From Octopus sinensis (lineage: Eukaryota), in contig NC_043012.1 of the NCBI RefSeq assembly GCF_006345805.1, forward strand, positions 15,128,001 to 15,192,000: a stretch of DNA of 64,000 bases, read 5' to 3'. The notes beneath the pieces were generated by a model. It was not told the DNA's origin. It saw nothing but the letters and a program-made list of their open reading frames with translations, and did no database searches. The first letter of the stretch is position 1, and every line of letters starts with the position of its first letter. A program made the translations under genes and the position numbers. Below are positions 53,445-64,000 of this stretch, in pieces.

Positions 53445-53780
53445 TAATACACACACCAACTAATACATACTAATACGTACTAATACGTACTAATACATAC
53501 TAGTACATACTAATACATACACCAACCCTATACATACACACGTCCAGACCCCGCATACGCACTTATACTCTCTCATACACACACACACACACTTATACAT
53601 ACCAATACGTACTAATACATACTAATACATACACCAACCCCATACATACGCACGTCCAGACCATTCCTACGCACTAATACTCTCTCATACACACACACAC
53701 ACACACACACCCTTATACATACTAATACATACACCAACCCTATACATACACACATCCAGACCCCTCCTACGCACTATTAG
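53445..53780 (+). repeat. Hierarchical repeat: ACTAATACRT short units within three ~100-110 bp units
   Basis: acaccaaccc..gtccagacc..acgcact recurs near 53519, 53631 and 53730. Confidence 0.85.
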
Positions 53781-53946
53781 CTGGTCCCTCAACCCTTTTA
53801 TCAACCCTATTATCTCCCCTTATTTCGCTCTCGCGTCTCATGTTTGATCTTTGACCTCTGGCCGAAATCAGATCGCCATGTTGATTCGTTAGCTACTGCA
53901 CGCATTTTTTTCTCTCCTTCTTTCTGTGTTTTTCTCTCTCTGTGTA

Positions 53947-53984
53947 TCTTTCTGTTGAAGAGCGTAGGCTCGAAACGTTAAAGA
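53947..53984 (+). ncRNA. Variant hammerhead-like motif (CUGUUGA core) at the 3' end of the Penelope-like element
   Basis: tcttt-CTGTTGA-A-GAGC/gtag/GCTC-GAAA-C-GTT-aaaga; related copies at 43788-43825 (+) and 5060-5095 (-). Confidence 0.55.
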
Positions 53985-54081
53985 CTTGTTTTATTTATAT
54001 TTCCTGAGCGCCATACTAATACAATTGTTCGTTTGTTTTCCACCTGCCTTCGTCTTTTGTTTATTTCATAAAGCTTCCCGT

Positions 54082-54114
<33 letters not shown>

Positions 54115-54119
54115 TATAC

Positions 54120-54178
<59 letters not shown>

Positions 54179-55095
54179 AAAAATTCTATAAATAACACAC
54201 ATCTATTTACACCACCCTGGAACCAATCAAAAACAGCCCCCCCACACACAAACACATGTATACATGTATATGCACACACACAAGGACACACACACTCACA
54301 CCAATCTCACCTCCATACAGACACACATATACACACACATGACTATATTAAAGGGTCCACAGATGAAGGAGCAGAGAATTGTCACCATTAGATTCATGGA
54401 CATTGAACATGTGTACGTGTGTGTATGCATGCACACGTGCGTGTGTATGAGAAAATGGAAAACAGGAACTGAAAGAAGCTGTGTGCGTGTGTGTGGGGGA
54501 TCTTTTCGGTTTGAATGGCAGTTTTTAAAAATAATTTCCACGTAACTAAACACTTTTAAACTTCGTATACTGGTAGAATCTCTTATTATAAAAGGCAGAT
54601 TTTATCTGCCTCCCTTTGTCTCTTATAGAAATCTACAATATAGGATTTCTTCAATTACAATTTACCTAGCATTTTTAAGAGTAGAATAAATCGGGTCGTG
54701 CCAGGTCCAGTTTTTAAAATTTCAACCCCAATTAAGCAAAATTTAGAGAAAACTCACATTGTGGTGTGTTAGTCAAGTGCTTTTCTTAGTGTGGGCTACA
54801 GCACACGCACACACACACACAAAAACGGAGCGATCTGCTTCACTGATGTTATCATCCTAATTTCTCCTCCTGTCTCTTTGCAAGTGTGCAACGATTAAAG
54901 TGAAAGTAATTCACTTTTTGTAGTGAGTGACTCTTTCACTCTGCATTCCCACTTCCTATTTACACACATAGACACGCAAATATATAAATAAAATTGTAAG
55001 CTAACGTGTGTGTGTGTGTGCGTGTGTGTGTGTGCGTGCGTGTGTGTGTGAGGGTGCGTGTGTATGCGTGTGCGTGTGTGTGAGTGTGTGACAGG

Positions 55096-55616
55096 AAAGT
55101 TTTTTAGGACGAATATAAGACCTAAAGTATATCCAAGTAGCAGAAAGATCGCCCAAAAGTGTATATAGATATTTAAATGTATTTATATATTCATCTATAC
55201 ACAGATGTATGTATAATGTGTGTGTATATATTTCCATAGAGGTAACCTTTCACTCCATACAAAGTTTTTTAGGACGAATATAAGATCTAAAGTATATACA
55301 AGTAGCAGAAAGATCGCCCAAAAGTGTATATAGATATTTAAATGTATTTATATATTCATCTATACACAGATGTATGTATAATGTGTGTGTATATATTTCC
55401 ATAGACGTAACCATTCACTCCTCCGCACAAAGTTTTTTAGGACGAAAATAAGATCTAAAGTTATCTCTAAGAAACAGAAAGATCGCCCAAAAGTGTATAT
55501 AGATATTTAAATGTATTTATATATTCATCTATACACACATGTATGTATAATGTGCGTGTATATATTTCCATAGAGGTAACCATTCAATCCATACAAAGTT
55601 TTTTAGGACGAAAATA
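55096..55616 (+). repeat. ~166 bp tandem repeat, 3 units plus a partial, inside the Helitron
   Basis: Unit starts AAAGTTTTTTAGGACGAA at 55096, 55261, 55429 and 55595. Confidence 0.95.
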
Positions 55617-56034
55617 TCTCTTATTATAAAAGGCAGATAAAATCTGCCTCCCTTTGGGAGTTATAGAAATCTACAATATAGGATTTCTTCAATTACAATT
55701 TACCTAGCATTTTTGAGAGTACAATGCATCGCGTCATGCCAGGTCCAGTTTTTAAAATTTAAACTCCAATTAAACAAAATTTACAGAAAACTCACATTCT
55801 GGTGTGTGTGTCAAATGCTTTTCTTAGTCTGGTTTACACCACACGCAAACGCACACACACAGTGGGCAACGAATAAAATGAAAGTAAATAGCGACAGAGT
55901 GATTTGAGGAAGACTAAAGTGAAAGTATTCTGTCTATGACGCTGATAGATACATGAGTAAAATGTATGGGAAGCTAAGAGCTAAGAGTGAGTGAAAATGT
56001 TCTTGGAAGAGAGTAATTAGTAATAAAGTAAACA

Positions 56035-56144
56035 TACACTCATACATACATACATACATACATACATACATACATACATACATACATACATACATACACA
56101 CACACACATACACAGACACATACATACACACACACATACATACA

Positions 56145-56176
<32 letters not shown>

Positions 56177-56350
56177 CATACATACATACATATACATACA
56201 TACATACACACACACACATACACACACACACAGTATTGAAGCTTGAGAACAATCAGATACATTTGCAACACATCTGTTGAAAATATTATTGTTCACACAC
56301 ATACATATACATATATACATACAGACAGACAGACAGATAGACACACACAC

Positions 56351-56400
<50 letters not shown>
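56035..56400. repeat. (TACA)n / (CA)n microsatellite
   Basis: Direct reading. Confidence 0.97.
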
Positions 56401-56403
<3 letters not shown>

Positions 56404-56454
56404 ATCCAGCATGGCCACAACCTCAAGGCTGAAACATAAAAATAACAGAATATA

Positions 56455-56810
56455 AATGTGTGCAAACTACAAGAAATATTAATGCAGTATATGGGGATTG
56501 GACAATAAGCGTAAGGCAGTGTCAATGGTGGTTCCAGAAATCCCGAGCCATAAACTACAGCCTAGAAGATGAGCCTCATCCTGAAAGATCTGTAGAACTC
56601 GACAAGGACATCCTGAAACCCTGGTGGAACAAAATATCATCGTAACTGTTGAGGAACTAGCAGAGAAGCTTGGATTTGGTCATTCAACCATTCATTGACA
56701 CCTGTGTGCTATCGGAAAAGTCAGCAAATTGGGTCAATGGGTTCCTCACGAACTTTCCGAGTCTAATTGCATGCAGAGAGTGAATGTATGCTTTTCTTTG
56801 CTGTCATATC
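56455..56810 (+). mobile_element. Mariner transposase N-terminal fragment inside the composite Helitron
   Basis: TTRNINAVYGDWTISVRQCQWWFQK..SLEDEP..TVEELAEKLG..GQWVPHEL. Confidence 0.85.
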
Positions 56811-57714
56811 TCACCACTACTGCGCTATGTATATCTATATATATAAAACTGTAGTTGTGTGAGTGTCTGTCCCCTTCGATTTAGATTCCTAACTACTCCC
56901 ACATTTTGCGGTACAGTTTAACCAAATTCGGGTAGCTTATAGTCGTGATTCATATCGAGCCCGTCTGAATATTAGCGCGCGTCTACGATGAGTCTACGAT
57001 TTAAAAATATTTAACATCATTTTTTATTCCATTTTAATGCATAATTTTTCGTGTGTCGATGGCGGCGGAGTTGGCGTCCACGCTCACACCTGCACCTGTG
57101 GGGAAGGGAGTGTAAGGAAATCAACGTCGTAATGCGTTGTCAAGGAGACCAGTGTTCTTTTAGAACAACGACTTCATGGCTTGAAGACACCAAAACAGAA
57201 ATGGCTAAGAAAGCGTCTACATGAGTCTACGATTTAAAAAAAAATTTACCATCGTTTTTTTTCCATTTTAATGCATTTTTTCGCTATTATATAAGGGAAG
57301 TAACTCTCTAAAAATGTCTACGATGAGTCAACAACGATTTAAAAAAAAATTTACCATCATATTTTTCCATTTTAATGCATTTTTGCTATTTTTTTGGCTA
57401 TAATTCTTCTAAAAATGCTTATATAGTTATTTCCCTTACAAACCCGAGCAACGCCGGGCGATACTGCTAGTTTATATATAAAGAAAGGTTGTGTCGTCTC
57501 TACTCTCCGATTTAGATTCCTAACTACTCCCACATTTTGCGATGCAGTTTAACCAAAACCGGGTATCTTATAGTCGTGATTCATATCGAGCCCTTCTGGG
57601 TATTACGCGCGTCTACGATGAGTCTACAATTTTACAAATAATTTACCATCATTTTTTTCCATTTTAATGCATATTTTTTTAAATAAAGGGAAGTAACTCT
57701 CAAACTTCACACCA

Positions 57715-58210
57715 ATATGCGTGCTCATATGCGACGTAATATCATATCAGCAGCATTTCCTCACACCCTCCTTGCACTTGGCGAAGGCAAAATACCAGGG
57801 GATGAAAATGGTAATATTGCCATCGATTCCATTTGTAACATTGTTAAGACGCCTTCTGATCTCAGAGATGCAGTGTTCCCAGATCTACAAGCTAATTATC
57901 AGAATATGGATTGGATTGGCAAAAAGGCTATACTGGCCCCGAGGAATAAAACTGTTCACCATATTAATGATGAAATGCTAAAACTCATTCCTGGGAAGTC
58001 TATGTATATCAGTCTATCGATACAACTCCTGACCCAGAGGACGACATCAACTATCCAATAGAGGTACTCAATTCCTTTGAGCACCCCGGACTACCACCAC
58101 ACTTTCTCAAACTTAAAGTTGGTGCCCCTATAATGCTCATCAGAAATTTGGTTCCCCCAAAACAATGCAATGGCACACGTTTGATCGTTAAGTCCTTATC
58201 TCCCACCGTA
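57715..58210 (+). pseudogene. Helitron Pif1-like helicase fragment
   Basis: [28 protein letters not shown] then, after a frameshift, [45 protein letters not shown]. Confidence 0.92.
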
Positions 58211-59449
58211 AACTTATATCAATATTTGCCTGAATAATCATCATAATTCAGTGCAATCATTAACAGTACTTTCAAGCAATTCAGCCCCGAGCAACGCCGG
58301 GCAATTCTGCTAGTGTGTTTATAAAACATCTTTTACTCTTGGCTTTATTGAGAAAATTCTATAGTTTGTAAGATATTTGTTGTTTTTTTTTTCTTCAATT
58401 TCTACCATTTCAACCAATCAATGACGTCTATTGAGGTGAAAACATTCTGTGCCGTATGAATATGTCCCTCGTTTAAGAAATAGATTGGGTTTATTTACAT
58501 TTCTGAAGAAAAAAAAGATACCCTTCCCCCCACCCCTAACCCTAACCCTAAAACAGATTGAAATGCAATAGATCGATACTAGGGTCATAATTATGGGTGA
58601 CAATTTCATATGACACCTCTAGAAAAAACTGCCGTTCAAACCGAAAAGATCCTGTGTGCGCGCATGTATCTGTGAGAGAAGGAGAGTAGGAGAAAGAGAG
58701 AGAGAGAAAGAAAAAATTAGAAAGCAAAGGAATAAATAAAGTAAATATACAGGAAATATCATTTCTCTTCCAATCAGTGACCTAATAGTAAAATATCGAT
58801 GTCGATTTGAATCAGTCAGCAGACATTGATACAGTTGGAGTGTGACTGCACCCAGATTTGACCGTGTAACGTGGGTGAACTAAAAGCAGAACCAATTATA
58901 GATATATAAACCAAGGTTGATCGTATCTCAATAATGAGGACTTTTTCTTTATCAACTCAAAGTTGTAAGTTATGGCGGAAGCTATGTAGGACTGCTGCTG
59001 CTGTCACTATTATTGTTGTTATAATTCCTATTGTTTCACCATGTAGGTTATCTTTGATCGAATAGACTTCTGGTCTCTGACTTTCCAGCTCATGACCACC
59101 ACCAATTAACTTATCCGGAAGACTAATTTTTTTTTTTTTTTTAAATGTTTGGATATGGTCTGAGGAGGATTGGTTGATATTTCTAGTAGTTAGAGGAAAC
59201 AAGGAGTGCATTCATGGGCAAACTGCAGTTTGTGGAACTTTCTGAATGGCACATCTAATTTTATGATAATAAGCTGTGTCTCATGCAGCCTGTTTCTTAA
59301 AATAGTGGCCCATACTCAATACAGAGGCAACCATCAACGGCGCAGAAGTTATGAGTTAGTTTCAAAACGTTTCTGGACAAGTTATGCTTAATAAAATAAT
59401 TTATTTACCTAAGTTTTAACATCATCTTCAAAATAGTCACCAGGCCCAG

Positions 59450-60225
59450 CATTCCTACCACTTTTGGAATCCAGCTCGGAAGTTGTTTTCGGTAAGCGAG
59501 TTGAGGATCTTGATTTCAACAATGGTGTTAAAATGGTGACCCTTGAGCAGCATTTTCACCTTTGAGAAGTCTGCAGGTACTAAATCTGGTGAATAGATGG
59601 GGTGGGTGCGAAAGTGATCCAATGTTGCTTTTGGTGAGAAACTCGTAAGTGAGGAGAGCTTGGTGACCGGGCACATTGTCATCGGGAAGAATCCAATTCT
59701 TTGCGCTCCATAGATCCAATTGTTTTTGCCAAATGTTCTCTCTCAAATGCTTCAAAACATTGATTGTCTTCCAACAGTCTTCATACACAAGCTGATGAAT
59801 TTTCTCCATATTTCTAGGATGTGACGCTTGCGGCAGGTCGTCCAGATCAATCATCATCTTCCAATGACGTTCTTCCACTTTTGAAGCATCTGTGCCACTC
59901 AAAGCATTGCATACAACCCATTGCCTTGTCACTGTAAGCTTGCCAAAGCATGCTAAATGTCTCTGTAGAAAATGTCTCTAGTTTAATGCAAAATTTCATG
60001 TTGGTTCTTTGTTCTAACTTCCTGTCCATGACAAAATTGCAGACTACAGCGTACACGTGATCAGAAAAACACAAACTTCACAACATGCGAAGTAAACATG
60101 GCATTATCACTTGGCACACTGCCTCGTTAAGGTCACTGCTAGCTCTCACTGTGCACAAAACCATGTGCTGCCATTTGTTGGCATGCTACAGAACTAGTCC
60201 AGGTACTTTTTGATACCACATTGTA
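59450..60225 (-). mobile_element. Decayed mariner, internally deleted or truncated
   Basis: MDRKLEQRTNMKFCIKL..CFEWHRCFKSGRTSLEDD, DDNVPGH and YSPDLVPADF motifs; one TIR-like end near 60200-60225. Confidence 0.85.
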
Positions 60226-60662
60226 ATAGTTTAGTTATGGTGATCCTGTCTTCTCTTTCCTCATTTTATCATTTCATTTAGTCCAGTTCTTTTATACCAG
60301 TAATGTCTTTGAGGAAAAAATATTAATGTTACGAGTCCCATTTATCAATTCCATCCCAACTTTATGCACCCTACAACCTCAGTTTTCATTATTCCAGCTG
60401 TGACCTTGCCAGCTCTCTTTACTACCAAGTCTTTGTGTTTTTATTTGAATGAAGAAATTTCATTTTATTTGTACCATTCCTGATTTTAGAGCCCTGGGTG
60501 ATGGCCTAATTTGCCTCATGCATAACACCGGCCCTGGTGTCCAATATTCAAATCACTAAAACTAATCCACAACCCTCTTGTCAGTTCTGATCAAACAGAC
60601 CTATGATCAAAAGCGTTCCAGTTGTGACCATCTTGTCTTTTTGTATAACTATGTTAACAATA

Positions 60663-60930
60663 TGAGGTGCAATGGCCCAGTGGTTAGGGCAGCGGTTTCG
60701 ATTCCCAGACCGGGAGTTGTGTGTGTTTATTGAGCGAAAACACCTAAAAGCTCCACAAGGCTCCGGCAGGGGGTGGTGGCGACCCCTGTTGTACTCTTTT
60801 GCCCCAACTTTCTCTCACTCTCTCTTCTTGTTTCTTGAGTAACGCTGCGATGGACTAGCATCCCGTCCAGCTGGGGGGAACACATACGCCACAGAAACCA
60901 GGAAACCGGGCCCATGAGCCTGGCTAAGGG
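60663..60930 (+). mobile_element. tRNA-derived SINE with gcgatggactagcatcccgtccag conserved-domain-like segment
   Basis: tggcccagtggttagg A box, shortened B box, V/Meta-domain-like central motif. Confidence 0.55.
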
Positions 60931-61317
60931 CAAAAATAAATAAATAACATGTTAACAATGTGCAATGTGTACTTCCTTTTTAAGATGGTAGAACTCGATT
61001 TGAAGGATATTTGAGCGCTATTTCTTGTAGGTTGACTGACAGCATAAAGGTGTCCTTACTGGCTTTGTTGATACAAGACAAGATCACAAATCTGGTCAAA
61101 ATCTGTTATCATCAATGAAAGACTGAGAGGTAGAATTAACAATCATGGGATTTGTACTCAGAACTCAACTAAATTTGGCAAAGTGTTGTTTCAGTCATAA
61201 CCAATTCCACCAGTGGATTTCCTGCTTCTTAGAAATATTTTCCTTGTCACTATTTAACACCAGCCAGTTTGAAAGTAAAATATTATCAGTTATTTAAAGT
61301 AGTGTTATTTTGCAACC

Positions 61318-61666
61318 AGAAGGTTGTTGAGACCACCTTCAGTCATGACTGACCATGGGATTGCACCTAGAAAGTTACCCTCCCAGGCATAAGTCTGGGC
61401 AAGGTTGTTTACGGAAGATCAGCAGTCACCCATGCATACCGGCCTCCCCTCTCCTTGCCACCAGTGTTATCCAAGGGAAAGGCAAAGGGGCCGATACAGC
61501 TTGGCACCAGTGACGTTGCAACTCATTTCTACAGCTGAGTGAAATAGGGCGACGTGAATTAAAGTGCCTAGCTCAAGAACACAACACGCAGCCCTGTCCG
61601 GGATTTGAACTCACAATCTCACGATCGTAAGTTTGACGCTCTAACCACTGAGCCATGCGCCTTCAC
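61318..61666 (-). mobile_element. tRNA-headed CORE-like SINE
   Basis: A box TGGCTCAGTGG, B box GAGTTCAAATC, then ggcactttaattcac..cactcagctg core-like segment. Confidence 0.7.
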
Positions 61667-61927
61667 AACCACGATGCATCTAGTCAGGAATCCAGGAGGT
61701 AAAAAAAGTCACTGAATAAAGAGTCATGGAAAAACATTACAAAAAATGTCTCGAGCAAAAAGAAACGATAGGAAAAAACGTGAATGGACTGTGGCAGAGT
61801 TTCTTGGTGGCTTCAGCTGGAATATTCATCTTAGTCATCAACATAAAAAATGCTGAATATGCATATAATGGCATGATACCATATAAGGTATTTCCAATCT
61901 GTACATGTCATGTATCTCTTATTATAA

Positions 61928-63456
61928 TCTCTTATTATAAAAGGCAGATAAAATCTGCCTCCCTTTGGGAGTTATAGAAATCTACAATATAGGATTTCTT
62001 CAATTACAATTTACCTAGCATTTTTAAGAGTACAATGCATCGCGTCATGCCAGGTCCAGTTTTTAAAATTTAAACTCCAATTAAGCAAAATTTACAGAAA
62101 ACTCACATTCTGGTGTGTGTGTCAAATGCTTTTCTTAGTCTGCTTTACACCACACGCAAACGCACACACATAGTGTGCGACGAATAAAATGAAAGTAAAT
62201 AGCGACAGAGTGATTTGAGGAAGACTAAACTGAAAGTATTTAAACCACTACTCAAAAAATAAAAAAAACACAGCAAACAGAAACAAATAAATACATAACC
62301 ATTTACTCCTCACACAAATTCTTCAATTAGAATTTACCTAAGATATTTCAGAGTACTTCAGTGGGTGATGCCATAAAAAATTTCTTTCAATTTTACCACC
62401 AATTAAGACAAAATTCGAGAAAACTCAATATTTTAACATATCACTCCGAAAGCATTGCTGTACATGTGTGCGTGCGTGAGTGTGTGTGTGTCATTCCTCA
62501 CACACACGCATACACATACATATACAACTACATACAACTACATACACATACAACTACATACAAACACGTGTGTGTTTGTTATTAGTAAAAAAGGCGCCAA
62601 AACTCAACTCACTTATCATTCCAACACATTTGCAAAGACACACGGACGGACAGAAAAGGTAAATTGGTTTTTATTTTACCTGTATATATTTTATTATATA
62701 ATATTATATATAGATATATGTATATATAATTGCAGTATGAAACAGTGTTTATGTATAAACAGACGACACTTATATATAGTTACCAAGCCGCCCGAATTTA
62801 CCTATTCATATTTAAATGAGAATATCAGAGCAAATCTCTTTAGTACATTCGTGAAAACACGTATTATACTTCGTAAACACTTCAACTACAGTTTTGTACA
62901 AAAATCTAAGTGTAATTTTAATTCCGTGAATTATGGGAGATTTTTTTCCGAAATTTGTTCCTATTGTGTTTTCAAAATTTGTAATTCTGACAAAAAATGG
63001 ATACGAATTTCATTATATCAAGCAGCGAGTCAGAATTCGAAGGATTTTCTACTGAAGACCTTCATAAATCTAACTCTATGACTGAAAAAAAAAAAGCATC
63101 TTTATATAAGAGTGAAGTTGTGTGTCTGTCTCCTACGATTTAGATTCCTAACTACTCCCACATTTTGCGGTGCAGTTTAACCAAAAGCGGGTATCTTATA
63201 GTCGTGATTCATATCGAGTCTACGATTTAAAAAAAAATTACCATCATATTCTTCCATTTTAATGCATTTTTTCGCTTTTATATAAGGGAAGTAACTCTCT
63301 AAAAATATCTACGTGTCAACGATTTAAAAAAAATTTACCTTAATTTTTTTTCAATTTTTAATGCATTTTTTTGCTATTTTTTAGCTATAACTCTCTATAA
63401 ATGCTTATATAGTTATTTCCCTTACAAACCCGAGCAACGCCGGGCGATACTGCTAG
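61928..63456 (+). mobile_element. Non-autonomous Helitron, same family as 26714-27673
   Basis: Same TC 5' end, hairpin and CTAG 3' end; near-identical shared blocks plus an extra ~640 bp internal segment. Confidence 0.92.
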
Positions 63457-64000
63457 TTGTCAATAAATGACTGACTTGAGTTTTTTTGTTTCACTGTCTT
63501 ACTTTACTTAAGAAATTGAATAAAAAGCAGGAGTTTTTGTTTTGTTTTCACATAAAGGCACTGGTGTGGCTGTGTGGTAAGAAGTTTGCTTCCTAGCCAC
63601 ATGGTTTCAGGTTCAGTTGCACTGTGCAGCATCTCAGGCTGACCAAAACTTCATGAATGGATTTGGTAGAGTGAAACCAAAAGAAGCCTGTTGTATGTGT
63701 GTGTGTGTGTGGTGTGTGTGTGTGTATCTATGTGTGTGTGTGTGTGTGTCTGTGTTTGTTCCTCACCACTGCTTGACAACTGGTGTTGGTGTGTTTATGT
63801 CCTCATAACTTAGCAGTTCAGCAAAAAGAGACTGAGAGAATAAGTACCAGGCTTAATATAAAGTAAGTATTGGAGCTGATCCATTCAGCTAAAATTCTTC
63901 GAGGCAGTGACCCAGCATGGATGCACTGAAACCAGTAAATGATAAAGGACCCTAAAATATGTGAGATGACATCATATAAAAAAAAGGAGCACTCCGTCGG

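Larger units (their letters stand above)
51993..54082 (+). mobile_element. Penelope-like element, 5'-truncated (RT + GIY-YIG + long low-complexity 3' region + terminal repeat)
   Basis: YANLFVG..YGRYIDDI..SFLDI..YKHTDSHSYL..HP RT motifs; CSRPRCRTC..IYCISC..YIGQTGRRLADRFAEH..EQELI..GLN endonuclease; a few frameshifts. Confidence 0.93.
54579..58313 (+). mobile_element. Composite Helitron (3735 bp) with internal termini and cargo
   Basis: TC start at 54579, further 5'-end copies at 55617 and 56834, hairpin+CTAG ends at 57470 and 58313; inserted at A|T in a MITE whose two halves rejoin as ggtagaa|tgtgtttataaaacatc. Confidence 0.88.

Noticed and set aside
55096-55616. CRISPR-like array
   Set aside because: Whole units repeat with no unique spacers, eukaryotic context, no cas genes.
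55934-56398. Cys/Val/Met/Tyr-rich ORFs (also 51209-52123 and 46503-47030)
   Set aside because: Translations of (CA)n, (TACA)n and (TA)n repeats.
58528-58550. Telomere-like (CCCTAA)n
   Set aside because: Only 2-3 units, internal to a MITE.

Overview
AT-rich, repeat-dense animal genomic DNA. The SINE, Penelope, Helitron and microsatellite content resembles Octopus (recognition only, no search run). Everything below was read and aligned by eye. One host gene is reconstructable on the minus strand: seven coding exons (12559 to 943, open at the 3' end of the gene) with canonical GT-AG sites and consistent phases. They encode a protein with two PWWP domains flanking a degenerate C2H2-like finger and a Ser/Lys-rich linker; the second PWWP resembles PWWP3/MUM1. 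Its probable first exon and CpG-rich promoter lie at about 35.6 kb, which implies a ~23 kb first intron. That interval holds an intact intronless RPB11 (POLR2J) copy, a full-length decayed mariner and many TE remnants. The rest is TE mosaic: RTE, CR1, R4/Dong and Penelope-like retroelements, Helitrons (one a 3.7 kb composite), nested MITEs and SINEs. The most unusual signals are about ten minimal type-I hammerhead-ribozyme-like motifs from several families (including a tRNA-headed short element and a ~290 nt hairpin-rich island) and several long inverted repeats inside the host pre-mRNA.
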